DNA of 64,000 bases from a virus. A program made the translations under genes and the position numbers. Shown here piece by piece: positions 38,639 to 48,227 of this stretch. The number at the start of each line of letters is the position of its first letter. The stretch's first letter is position 1. The stretch lies in IMG/VR virus record IMGVR_UViG_3300034102_002101, positions 32,001 through 96,000 of that record; one strand, 5' to 3'. The notes under the pieces were generated by a model. That model worked only from the letters and a program-made list of their open reading frames with translations. It was not told where the DNA came from and made no database searches.

Positions 38639-41600
38639 ATGATAAAACAACTAAAAAAACAACAGAAATCAATAGTAGATGTCGTCACGAAAAAGGATTG
38701 GGTAGTTGACACCACAGTAAACCCAGACATTTACGTATCCAATTCTATTTTCCCAGTATTAAAAGGGAAGAAATTAAATGGGTATTTTTATCCAACATCT
38801 AGCGCATATTACGATGGTAATATCAATGGTCTTAATTGGGACGGTAGTTACGAATCGTTAATATACAATCGGGATTATTCGATGTTCTATAAAAATGTAG
38901 GAAATCCTGCATTAAATTTTGGTGTTCTAAATTATCCGAAAGAAGTCAGGAAAATAAATGGAGAAATAACATCTGTCCATATTCCAAAAAATAGGTACGG
39001 CGAAAGAATTATCCCGAACTCATTATATATAAAAGACTATTCCAATCCAGAATTGGTGATCGAGGTGATAGATGACGGAAATTCAAATATAATAGCAAGT
39101 GGATCGATATTAAAGACCGTAGGCAATATTACTGGATCAATAGAGATCGATGAGCTAGTCTATAACAATCTGGTTGTATATAAAGATTCTTCTGGAAACA
39201 TAATAACTAAAGCAGCCTCGATTGAATTATATAAAGCTGGACAGGAAGTTTTTATAGAAACTTCTAGCGAATCGTTCACGGCGAGAAGTAAGAGGAAGGA
39301 ATATTACGATCCAACGTTCGAGAGATTCGGTGAGTCTATCGATACGTACGGAAACTACATTTTGGTATCTAGTACGATGGACAAAGAATCATTCTCTGCT
39401 GCAAAAAATGGTACAGTTTGTTTATACACAAAAGAGAATACCACGTATAAACAAATAAAAACGTTTAAGTCTCCATTTTCACAGAAATCACTATCGTTAG
39501 AGAGTTCTGAGTATGATATTATTACTACAGAGTACGGTGACTTTATACTCTACGATGATATTGGCGAACTTTGTGGATTTTCTATCCCCACAGGATCGTC
39601 CAGACTAGATAATTATGGTATCGCTATATCTATAAACAAAAAAAATTGCGCTATTTCTAGCACTGGTTATGATAAGTGTTCAAATTCTACTTGTGAAAGT
39701 GGGTCCGGTTTAGTTTTTTGTTATAGAGAAGATAAAGGTGGTCCGGATAATTGGGGTATCATAAACGTGCTAGAGGGAGAGAACTATACCGACAAGTTCG
39801 GACATTCCGTGTCAATTGGTGGAGATGTAATGGCCATAGGGGCACCTGGATATGGCGGAACCGGTTCCGTTTATGTATATAGACTAAAAAGATATATGTC
39901 GAGTGGGTGTGACTATATACCAACATCATCAATAATAAATTCAGCAAGCTTGTCCGATTGGTCCGGATCATTGTTATATGGAACCGGCTCGATTGGTGGA
40001 TTTGAACTAGACATCATCGATTTAAAACAAAACTTCTGGTCCCCAATAAATAGCAAATGTTTGACAATGATATCGTCAGACTTATACGAACCAATAATAT
40101 CAAATTTTTCCTTCGAATCTCTAGTCGCTGATAGCTACGATACCTCCGGATTCAATGATTTCTCGGTGGTTCCTAGTTTCGTAAGTGGTAGTTTCAGCTG
40201 GCAACTGGAAGCAATGATCGTTGGTCCACATCGTGGTAGTGGATTTGGTGGATGTGTAGAAGTAGACGATGGAAAAATATTAATAGGGAATAACATATTA
40301 TCACCATCATCAAGTGCTTGGTTATACGTTTCTAGCGCTAGTTATTCCGGTAGTTGTCCAACATATGGTTGGAAATTATCTTCTACATTAGAACGAACTG
40401 ATGGCGACATATTTGAGGATCTCCCAGTCGGATTAGACGGAAAAAATAATTATAGTGGATTTGGTAATTCTGTATCCATTCGTGGAGAATATATGTGCGT
40501 TGGTTGTCCATATGATAGATTAGTATCTGGTTATACTTTAGGAACATCAACAATATATAGATATTCAAACTTCGATAATGTGTGTGGGACGGCATCAATA
40601 TACGTGAAGCCTATCCAAAAAATCATACCGATGTTGTTGGAAAGTGAGCAATCTAACTTTGGTTACTCGTGTAATATATCGGAGAAGTACTTGGTAATAG
40701 GAGCACCAGCATCGAGGGATAAAACATTAAATACGGTAGCAATTAGTTCAGCATCAACGTTTGTTGTGCATGATTATTATTCAACTGGTTCCATCGATAG
40801 TTCGATAGGAAAGGCTTACGTATATGAATTAAAGGATAACATATTCTCTGAAGTATTACCTATGAAGTTAAACAAAGAATATGGAAACGTTAAAAAGACT
40901 TTCGGGAATAGTGTATCTATATCCAACATGAACATATTTGTTGGTGCTCCGGTAATTTCAGTACAAGATACTTCTTCCATATATTACAATAGTGGGTCAT
41001 ATTACGACCAACACATATTAACCAGATCATCTAGTTGGGAAAATAATAGCGGAGGGAAAATGTTTGGAGGAGTATATAATTTTGAACTAAATACAGACGA
41101 ATTAATATATATTGGTAATGTATTTTACAACACAGGTACAATAATAATAACAAATACATCATCGATATATAAAAATATGTTGAGTGGAGTAAATGAACGT
41201 GGGTTCTACGTATCGTACAAAGGACAACATACATTACAGGAATGTGAATATATCGTAAATATAGATGTTGGCGAATTTAACGTAAGTACTAACCCAACAT
41301 CTATACGTGGAAGATATCCTGTTATAGACGTAAATTCGGATAATGCGATTGACATCAATGATATCAATATAATAATGAAATATATAAATGGTGATGTTGC
41401 TGTTGGTGATACCGAATCTATACCATCATTACTAGAGAGTGAAAACAATAAATCGTGGTGGAAAAATGACTTAATCATTTCTGAAGCGGAAGATGCTATA
41501 ATCGCGAATAGCTTACTGATAAATTTAAATAGTGATAAATCTATACTAACAGCAACCAGATACGATTATATTACCAATAACCTAATAAAAACTGGCGTAT

Positions 41601-42046
41601 TGGATATAAATGGTGATGGTTTTGTTGATGCGTCGGATGCGAAACTACTATGGAACTATTGGTTAGGAAAATTAAGCGTAGATATTGTTGATTCATGTGT
41701 AACAGATGGATCTACACGTATATACTTGAATGATATATTAGAATATATAAAACGTATAATGGGCAGAGTTCCACCATATCCTACAAAGCAACAATCGAAA
41801 TTATTATACCCAGATTCTTCCGGTTCGATTTATTCCGAGAATAATGGTGGGCTTTCAAACGAGTACTTTAAAAATTACTCAGTAAGTTCTTCATACGATC
41901 CAACCGGTTCATATTTAAGTACGTATATAACTGGCATCGGGTTGTATGTAGGTGGTGACCTAGTGATGGTGGGTAAATTGGGAACTCCCATAAAAAATAT
42001 AATCGACTACCCTCTTAATTTTTCTATTAAGTTCGACGCTTTCTAA
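38639..42046 (+). CDS. Tail structural protein with an FG-GAP beta-propeller and a dockerin-like Ca-binding pair
   Basis: Seven FG-GAP-like repeats (e.g. DKFGHSVSIGGDVMAIGAPG..GSVYVY); DVNSDNAIDIND and DINGDGFVDASD loops; C-terminal YITGIGLY...VGKLGTP. Confidence 0.75.
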   Translation: MIKQLKKQQKSIVDVVTKKDWVVDTTVNPDIYVSNSIFPVLKGKKLNGYFYPTSSAYYDGNINGLNWDGSYESLIYNRDYSMFYKNVGNPALNFGVLNYPKEVRKINGEITSVHIPKNRYGERIIPNSLYIKDYSNPELVIEVIDDGNSNIIASGSILKTVGNITGSIEIDELVYNNLVVYKDSSGNIITKAASIELYKAGQEVFIETSSESFTARSKRKEYYDPTFERFGESIDTYGNYILVSSTMDKESFSAAKNGTVCLYTKENTTYKQIKTFKSPFSQKSLSLESSEYDIITTEYGDFILYDDIGELCGFSIPTGSSRLDNYGIAISINKKNCAISSTGYDKCSNSTCESGSGLVFCYREDKGGPDNWGIINVLEGENYTDKFGHSVSIGGDVMAIGAPGYGGTGSVYVYRLKRYMSSGCDYIPTSSIINSASLSDWSGSLLYGTGSIGGFELDIIDLKQNFWSPINSKCLTMISSDLYEPIISNFSFESLVADSYDTSGFNDFSVVPSFVSGSFSWQLEAMIVGPHRGSGFGGCVEVDDGKILIGNNILSPSSSAWLYVSSASYSGSCPTYGWKLSSTLERTDGDIFEDLPVGLDGKNNYSGFGNSVSIRGEYMCVGCPYDRLVSGYTLGTSTIYRYSNFDNVCGTASIYVKPIQKIIPMLLESEQSNFGYSCNISEKYLVIGAPASRDKTLNTVAISSASTFVVHDYYSTGSIDSSIGKAYVYELKDNIFSEVLPMKLNKEYGNVKKTFGNSVSISNMNIFVGAPVISVQDTSSIYYNSGSYYDQHILTRSSSWENNSGGKMFGGVYNFELNTDELIYIGNVFYNTGTIIITNTSSIYKNMLSGVNERGFYVSYKGQHTLQECEYIVNIDVGEFNVSTNPTSIRGRYPVIDVNSDNAIDINDINIIMKYINGDVAVGDTESIPSLLESENNKSWWKNDLIISEAEDAIIANSLLINLNSDKSILTATRYDYITNNLIKTGVLDINGDGFVDASDAKLLWNYWLGKLSVDIVDSCVTDGSTRIYLNDILEYIKRIMGRVPPYPTKQQSKLLYPDSSGSIYSENNGGLSNEYFKNYSVSSSYDPTGSYLSTYITGIGLYVGGDLVMVGKLGTPIKNIIDYPLNFSIKFDAF

Positions 42047-42055
42047 TATTATTTA

Positions 42056-42064
42056 ATATTTATA
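42056..42064 (+). promoter_or_regulatory. Putative late promoter ATATTTATA
   Basis: 5 nt before ATG 42070. Confidence 0.55.
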
Positions 42065-42069
42065 CCATT

Positions 42070-42264
42070 ATGGCATCATTAAATCCAATTGTAACAGGAA
42101 CATCAAAGAGACTAGAAGACCTATACACCAGTAAGAAAAAGGGAAAAATCAGAAAGCCTGCTCGTGTAAATGGTAGAGAATCATCCGTTGGAACTTTCGA
42201 TGATAAGAGCCTAAACCACTCCTCTCAGGTTCTAAAGGTAGACCCAAAGAAAAGATATTCTTAA
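42070..42264 (+). CDS. Small basic hypothetical protein
   Basis: 64-aa Lys/Arg-rich ORF after the late motif. Confidence 0.55.
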   Translation: MASLNPIVTGTSKRLEDLYTSKKKGKIRKPARVNGRESSVGTFDDKSLNHSSQVLKVDPKKRYS

Positions 42265-42266
42265 AA

Positions 42267-42773
42267 ATGATCTCATTTGGTCTGGATGCCAGTACACGAA
42301 CCGCTGGTTTTGCTATTGTCGAAGATGGAAATATATTGGAAATAGGTTGGATAGATTTATCAAAAAAAGAAACTACTAGAGATAAAATTTCTTTGGTTGT
42401 GGAATTTATTAAAAACAACAAACATTTCGACAAAATAGAGAATATTATTCTAGAAAGCGCATTATCTGGTTTTGCTGGTGGATTTACGTCGCAACAAGTG
42501 CTGATGGCGTTGGCTCGGTTTAACGGCATTTTAGAATATGTTCTAGAAGAGACATTTACAACAAAAAAGATAAAATTAATCGGTGCAATGACTGCGAGAA
42601 AAAAGATATTTGGGATGGCTCGCAAAAAAGGAATAAAGTCTAAAGTATTCGTTCGGACACAATTAGATTTGCGATTTGACCTTTCTCTATTTTTAAAGAA
42701 AAATAAGCTCGGGAACGAGGATAAGAAGAACGAAGATGCGTTAGATGCGTTGGTTCTGGCTTTGGGACACTAA
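42267..42773 (+). CDS. ruvC: RuvC-like Holliday junction resolvase
   Basis: FGLDAS..AG.A, IILE, C-terminal EDALDAL acidic residues. Confidence 0.85.
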   Translation: MISFGLDASTRTAGFAIVEDGNILEIGWIDLSKKETTRDKISLVVEFIKNNKHFDKIENIILESALSGFAGGFTSQQVLMALARFNGILEYVLEETFTTKKIKLIGAMTARKKIFGMARKKGIKSKVFVRTQLDLRFDLSLFLKKNKLGNEDKKNEDALDALVLALGH

Positions 42774-42814
42774 AAGGTCTTGACAATTCTTGTTTTGTGT
42801 GAAATCATTTATGA

Positions 42815-43777
42815 GTGATTCATATTCAGAATTTAAAATCTATTCTAGATAAAGCCTTCGGGGAAGTTGGTACAGAACGAAATACGGATGACGTAAAGTA
42901 TCATTGCAAGGCGCATGGTTGTAACCATTCCAAACAAAAACTAGAGGTAAATCTAGTATCGGGCCAATATCACTGTTGGGTATGTGGTTTTAAAGGTGGT
43001 GGAATCCCAAATCTAATACGTAAAGTGGGTGGAAGTGATGTATTGGTAAAATCTGCACAAGCGATAGTTGGGGAGTCGGAAAAGCGAATAAAAGTAGAAA
43101 ATGCACCGGACTTCTTCGGTAACGTAACCAATAAAGATAAAACGGAACAATTGGAATTGCCGATTGATTTTAATTACCTACGCAATAAGAGGGACAACAG
43201 AGCATGGAGAGCTTGTTATAACTACGCGAAGAGGAGAAAGTTTACGGATATCCAGATTTATAGATATAACATGGGATATGTCGATGACAGTGAACTAAAA
43301 GATAGATTAATTGTTCCTAGTTACGATAGCGAAGGCAAATTAAATTATTATAGCGCACGCAGTTTTTTCGATGATTCATTTTTAAAATATATTAACGCGA
43401 CGGTGAAATCTAGAGACTTGATCGGGTTTGAGCATCTTATTGATTTTAAACAGCCGATTAACCTAGTAGAAGGCGCATTAGACGCAATTACTTTAGGAAT
43501 GAATACTATTCCACTGTTTGGCAAAAGTATACCGAATAAATTGAAACAACGGATTATCCAAGAAGATACACCGGAAATAAGAATCATATTGGATGATGAT
43601 GCTTTCGCTGATGCTATTAGACTATCGGAACGAATGATAAAATTGGGGAAAAATGTTAAGTTAGTAAAATTAGACGGAAAAGATCCGAACGTGTTGGGGA
43701 AATTTAAAACTATGGAAATTATAGACAATACAAAGAAACTTGACTTTTTTGATCTTATATCATATAAGATTAAATAA
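42815..43777 (+). CDS. dnaG: DNA primase (zinc finger plus TOPRIM)
   Basis: C..C.H...HCWVC zinc-binding domain; LVEGALDA, ILDDDA, KDPN. Confidence 0.9.
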   Translation: MIHIQNLKSILDKAFGEVGTERNTDDVKYHCKAHGCNHSKQKLEVNLVSGQYHCWVCGFKGGGIPNLIRKVGGSDVLVKSAQAIVGESEKRIKVENAPDFFGNVTNKDKTEQLELPIDFNYLRNKRDNRAWRACYNYAKRRKFTDIQIYRYNMGYVDDSELKDRLIVPSYDSEGKLNYYSARSFFDDSFLKYINATVKSRDLIGFEHLIDFKQPINLVEGALDAITLGMNTIPLFGKSIPNKLKQRIIQEDTPEIRIILDDDAFADAIRLSERMIKLGKNVKLVKLDGKDPNVLGKFKTMEIIDNTKKLDFFDLISYKIK

Positions 43778-43784
43778 ATAATTT

Positions 43785-44486
43785 ATGAAAGTAACTAAAC
43801 TAAAGCTACCGTTCACTAAGGTAGAAAAGATTCTACAATTTGCTGACGTACATATCAGATTAAACTCTAGACATGACGAGTACAGAAAAGTATTCGAATC
43901 ATTATATACAGCATGTGAATCATTACCAGAGAATTCACTGATAGTTTGTTGTGGTGACGTACTTCACCAAAAAGTAAACTTGTCACCGGAAGCAATTTCG
44001 TTGGTTTCTGAACTATTTGGTAAGCTATCCGCAATTAGACCATTAATAGTAATACCCGGTAATCATGACGCACTTATAAACAATAAGTCGAGGATGGATA
44101 GTTTATCTCCTATTATACAGAATCTAAATAACGAAAATATTCATTATCTAAAGGATAGTGGACTTTATGCTGCTGGTGATATACTATTTAATCATTTTAG
44201 CGTATTCGATGATAAGGAATCTTATATCTTGGATAAAGATATTTCCCACCAAATTAGGGTTCAGTATAAGAAGATAGTGGGACTCTATCACGGTCCTGTA
44301 TGTGGGATGACCACTGCTCTCGGTCACATAATAAATGACATAAAGGTTACACCGGATATGTTTATTGGTCAACAATTTGCGCTACTTGGAGATATACATT
44401 CTCAACAAAATGTTTATATTGAAAAGGACATATTAGACGGTGAGATAGAAGATTATAAAAAACAAGGATGGGAAGAGAAACTATGA
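43785..44486 (+). CDS. sbcD: SbcD/Mre11 (gp47-like) nuclease, N-terminal fragment
   Basis: Phosphoesterase motifs ADVH, GDVLH, PGNHD, LYHG, LGDIH; the following AGS motif is missing here and lies in 45645..48209. Confidence 0.85.
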   Translation: MKVTKLKLPFTKVEKILQFADVHIRLNSRHDEYRKVFESLYTACESLPENSLIVCCGDVLHQKVNLSPEAISLVSELFGKLSAIRPLIVIPGNHDALINNKSRMDSLSPIIQNLNNENIHYLKDSGLYAAGDILFNHFSVFDDKESYILDKDISHQIRVQYKKIVGLYHGPVCGMTTALGHIINDIKVTPDMFIGQQFALLGDIHSQQNVYIEKDILDGEIEDYKKQGWEEKL

Positions 44487-45232
44487 ACCTAATTGGTATG
44501 ATAAATGAAAATTTGATATCATTGGAAGAAGTAAATTCTGGTATGTTGAGTAGCAATGGGTTTAAGAAGATACTCGATGAGATTTACAATTCTATTACCG
44601 AAAAAGTAAAAAGATTTCCAAATAACAAGAAATTTTCAGAACTTCCTACTAACTTACTGGACTTTTCAATTTTTATTAATTATTACAAGAAAAACGATCT
44701 AGATTTTCCTGTGTCAGAAACTCTCGAAATATTTCTAAAACCTACGGATAACCCCCCGAACGAATCTAGAAAAATAATATTCCCATCCGCATTTGCGGTC
44801 ACGGAAGAAAAACCATATAAAATAATAATTGGTGTAAATAAAGAAGCAACAAAAAATGAAGTATTGGATAGATCAGATATACTATCATTACAAATTTCAC
44901 ATGAATTGACTCATGTGATGAAGGCGTTATATGGAGAATACCAAAAAACATTACCATCTATACCAAAAACGTTATATGGTTGGAAAAGGTATCTTTCTAC
45001 ACCAAGCGAAATTGAAGCTTTTATATCTCAAATAGGAACCGAGTTAGAAAAAATCAAAGAAGCCGACCCAACATTGACATTCAATTCTGCGCTAGAAAAA
45101 TCAAAAACATATGAAATCTTCTTCGTTAATTTTTCCAAAGTATATAAAGAAAAACCACACGTCGTTAGTAAGTTACGAAAATATATGATATCTAAGTTAT
45201 TCAACTATTGGAACACAGATTTTAAAAAATAA
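44483..45232 (+). CDS. Putative zincin-like metallopeptidase (HExxH)
   Basis: SHELTHV followed by YLSTPSEIEAF; ATGA overlap with the sbcD-N stop. Confidence 0.55.
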   Translation: MNLIGMINENLISLEEVNSGMLSSNGFKKILDEIYNSITEKVKRFPNNKKFSELPTNLLDFSIFINYYKKNDLDFPVSETLEIFLKPTDNPPNESRKIIFPSAFAVTEEKPYKIIIGVNKEATKNEVLDRSDILSLQISHELTHVMKALYGEYQKTLPSIPKTLYGWKRYLSTPSEIEAFISQIGTELEKIKEADPTLTFNSALEKSKTYEIFFVNFSKVYKEKPHVVSKLRKYMISKLFNYWNTDFKK

Positions 45233-45234
45233 TT

Positions 45235-45648
45235 ATGAACGAAACAAAAACAGCAGAGTTGTATTACTTATACAAAATAGATCCAAATAAACCTATTTCT
45301 GTGTGTATGGGTATGCATAGTTGTGACAGGACTTATTTTTCTTCTGTGTTAGAAGCAAGAGAATCAAATTACCAAGGAACGTACAAAAACAGAGCAAAGT
45401 ATAAAATAGGAAAAGTAGAAATAGTAACATCAACACATATTATTGATGCGGACGTTGATCCAGCTTCATTGGAAGAGATAATAAAAAATAAAATCGAGGA
45501 AGATGAAAATACATACATTCAGAGTAAAGTTGAAGAATACGCTAAAACTATTAATACCACTAACGTAGAAGATTATATGGGCAAATTAATGAGCTATGAG
45601 ATCGATTTAAGATTTATAAGAACAATAGAGAAATTTCTAACAAAATGA
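45235..45648 (+). CDS. Hypothetical protein
   Basis: 137-aa ORF whose stop overlaps the ATG of the next gene. Confidence 0.6.
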   Translation: MNETKTAELYYLYKIDPNKPISVCMGMHSCDRTYFSSVLEARESNYQGTYKNRAKYKIGKVEIVTSTHIIDADVDPASLEEIIKNKIEEDENTYIQSKVEEYAKTINTTNVEDYMGKLMSYEIDLRFIRTIEKFLTK

Positions 45649-48209
45649 AAATATATAAAAAACTACCAGTTATCCGACAAGCAGGCTCAATCGTCGCTCA
45701 AAACCATTCTGAACCTATTCATGGTCATGGATATACCGTCTGGGATGTTGCTACAAACACACCAACACATCACGATATAAAAAATGAGATGTCTCACTTT
45801 ACGATAAACGTAAAGAGTAATAAGATAGTAACTGATTTATCTATATTACCAAAAACTCCACGAATTCGCCTATTCTACGAGAATACTTCACCGACCGAAT
45901 TAAAGGAAGTTATCGTAGAAATAAAAAAATTGTGTGAACCAATCGAGCTTATACCATTCAAGAAACAAAATTCGGAAGAAATTGACCACACATTGGGAAC
46001 AGGTGGAGAAAAGAAAGAATTAAAGGATCTAAATGATGTTGATTACCAGAATTCGTTAATCAGAGATTATTACAAAGAAGATCCTAATATTAGTGAGGAG
46101 ATTCTTGATGAAATAATAAGTATCAACAAAAAAACCAATTCCAAATTGGAAAATTATGTTGCTACCCAAGAAGTAAATTGGGTTCCACATAAATTGACGT
46201 TCTCAAATATGTTTTCGTATGGGGAAAACAATATAGTTAACTTTGATAAGATGGATGGTATTATTGGATTGTTTGCCAAAAATACGTACGGAAAATCATC
46301 TATACCATACGTAACATCATTTTGTTTGTTTGATAAGTGCCCGACAACGAATCTCGCTGGTAATATATTAAATTCAGAAAAAGATAATATGTCCGCTCGG
46401 TTGGATTTTTCTGTCGGTGATAATAAGTATTTCATCGAAAAGACTTCAACAAAAGACAAGAAGGGTAACGTTCCTGTTAAGGTGTTATTTAAGCGTGATT
46501 CCGGCGATAATAAGAAGTTTATAGACCTTGAAGGGGAAAGTAGGGCTGGTACCAATGATATCATCAGAAAATACGTAGGAACGTACGATGACTTCATCTT
46601 AACTACTCTATCTATCCAAGGATCGAAAGGTAAGAATCTAGTTGAAATGGGACAATCGGAAAGAAAGGAATTACTATCTAGATTTACTGGACTGGATATC
46701 TACGATAAGCTTAATAAATTAGGGGTCGAGGATAGTAAGGAAATTCTCACAAAGTTAAAACTATTTAAACGGGATGAATTCGAAACAGAATTAGTTAACT
46801 TAAAGGCGGAAGTAGAAAACAGGAAAATAAAATCTACTGAACTGTCAATAGAATTGAGGGATATCGATGAAATTATCACCAAATTGACGGATAATATAGA
46901 GGACGTTACTCGCAAACTAAAACCTATAAATATAGAAATTTTAGATGTTAAGACATTAAGTAGTCAATTGTTACAATTAGAAGCTACGAAAGAAACGTGT
47001 AAGAAAAAGGTCGCCGAATTAACTGCTAAAAAAGCCACAATTGAGGAAGAAAAGAAAAACATAGAAGATACGGTAAAGAACCTAAATATAGAAAAAATAA
47101 AACAAGATAAGATCAATAATGATATATTAAAGACAGAATTGGTCGGTATCGAAAAAAAGTTAACTGCTATAAAGGTAACGGTAAAAAATAAATTAGAGAA
47201 ATTAAAGCATCTAGATAATCACAAATACGATCCTAATTGTAGTTTCTGTGTGGACAACGATTTTGTGAAGGATGCTATGAAAGCTAAATCTGAACTAGAA
47301 TCTGATAAGGGAATCGTTCGTGAGTTATTAGATTCGGAATCTTCTATAAAAATTAAAATAAACGATAATATAGATACCGAATATAGCGATTATCTCAATT
47401 TGAGGGAGGCTTTTTCTAATGTTGTCACTAGATTAAATGATGTTAATTCTCAATTATCTAAATTATCACCTACAGAAAACGACACAAAGATAGAAAAAAT
47501 CAAAACTTCTATTGAAAATATAAAAAATAATGAAGATATCATCAATTGGAACCAGAATGTTGAACTTGAGATAACTAAATTAAAACAACGAAGATCAAGT
47601 GTCCAACAGTCGGATAAGAAGTTAGTAGAAAAAGATATAAAAGATAATTCTGATAGACTTTCTATTATTTCCAATAAGATTGTAGAAATTGACAATAAGA
47701 TCATATCGATTAAAAAAATAGAAATTGAAGCCGCTGCGTATCAAGCATATGTAAAAGCTACAGGAAAAAATGGAATACCGTTTAAACTTCTCGGAAATAT
47801 TCTTCCGGAAATCGAAGATGCTACTAATGAAATACTATCAAAGATTGTGGATTTTACCATATCTATTACTACAGAAGAAGGTGATATCTCGATTAGAATC
47901 CTATATGGCAATAGAAGTTGGCCAATAGAAATGACTAGTGGAATGGAAAGATTCGTATCTTCCGTTGCTTTACGAGTAGCGTTAATAAATGTAAGTCGTA
48001 TACCAAAACCATCATTTATAACTATAGATGAAGGTTTTGGAGCACTAGACCCAGATAATCTATCTGCACTACCAGTCCTTTTCTCGTACCTTAGAAACGA
48101 ATTTAAGTTCGTTATTATCATCAGTCATTTAGATGGTATCAAGGATTATGTCGATGATACTATCGAAATAACAAAGAACGGGACATTTTCGCATGTCGAA
48201 TATCTCTAA
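45645..48209 (+). CDS. sbcC: SbcD C-terminal fragment fused to SbcC/Rad50 (gp46-like) SMC ATPase
   Basis: N-terminal QAGSIVAQNHSEPIHGHGYTVWD (SbcD C-part); Walker A AKNTYGKSS, Q-loop, coiled coil with CSFC zinc hook, signature SGMERF, Walker B ITIDEGFG, IISH. Confidence 0.9.
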   Translation: MKIYKKLPVIRQAGSIVAQNHSEPIHGHGYTVWDVATNTPTHHDIKNEMSHFTINVKSNKIVTDLSILPKTPRIRLFYENTSPTELKEVIVEIKKLCEPIELIPFKKQNSEEIDHTLGTGGEKKELKDLNDVDYQNSLIRDYYKEDPNISEEILDEIISINKKTNSKLENYVATQEVNWVPHKLTFSNMFSYGENNIVNFDKMDGIIGLFAKNTYGKSSIPYVTSFCLFDKCPTTNLAGNILNSEKDNMSARLDFSVGDNKYFIEKTSTKDKKGNVPVKVLFKRDSGDNKKFIDLEGESRAGTNDIIRKYVGTYDDFILTTLSIQGSKGKNLVEMGQSERKELLSRFTGLDIYDKLNKLGVEDSKEILTKLKLFKRDEFETELVNLKAEVENRKIKSTELSIELRDIDEIITKLTDNIEDVTRKLKPINIEILDVKTLSSQLLQLEATKETCKKKVAELTAKKATIEEEKKNIEDTVKNLNIEKIKQDKINNDILKTELVGIEKKLTAIKVTVKNKLEKLKHLDNHKYDPNCSFCVDNDFVKDAMKAKSELESDKGIVRELLDSESSIKIKINDNIDTEYSDYLNLREAFSNVVTRLNDVNSQLSKLSPTENDTKIEKIKTSIENIKNNEDIINWNQNVELEITKLKQRRSSVQQSDKKLVEKDIKDNSDRLSIISNKIVEIDNKIISIKKIEIEAAAYQAYVKATGKNGIPFKLLGNILPEIEDATNEILSKIVDFTISITTEEGDISIRILYGNRSWPIEMTSGMERFVSSVALRVALINVSRIPKPSFITIDEGFGALDPDNLSALPVLFSYLRNEFKFVIIISHLDGIKDYVDDTIEITKNGTFSHVEYL

Positions 48210-48214
48210 GCCAG

Positions 48215-48223
48215 ATATTTATA
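48215..48223 (+). promoter_or_regulatory. Putative late promoter ATATTTATA
   Basis: 4 nt before ATG 48228. Confidence 0.55.
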
Positions 48224-48227
48224 GTGA

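Noticed and set aside
44400-45700. Split intein, stop-codon readthrough or recognisable intron at the sbcD break
   Set aside because: No Cys/Ser-start or His-Asn-Cys/Ser/Thr intein termini; readthrough of the TGA meets TAA two codons later; no group I/II core or homing endonuclease recognised by eye. Splicing is not formally excluded.
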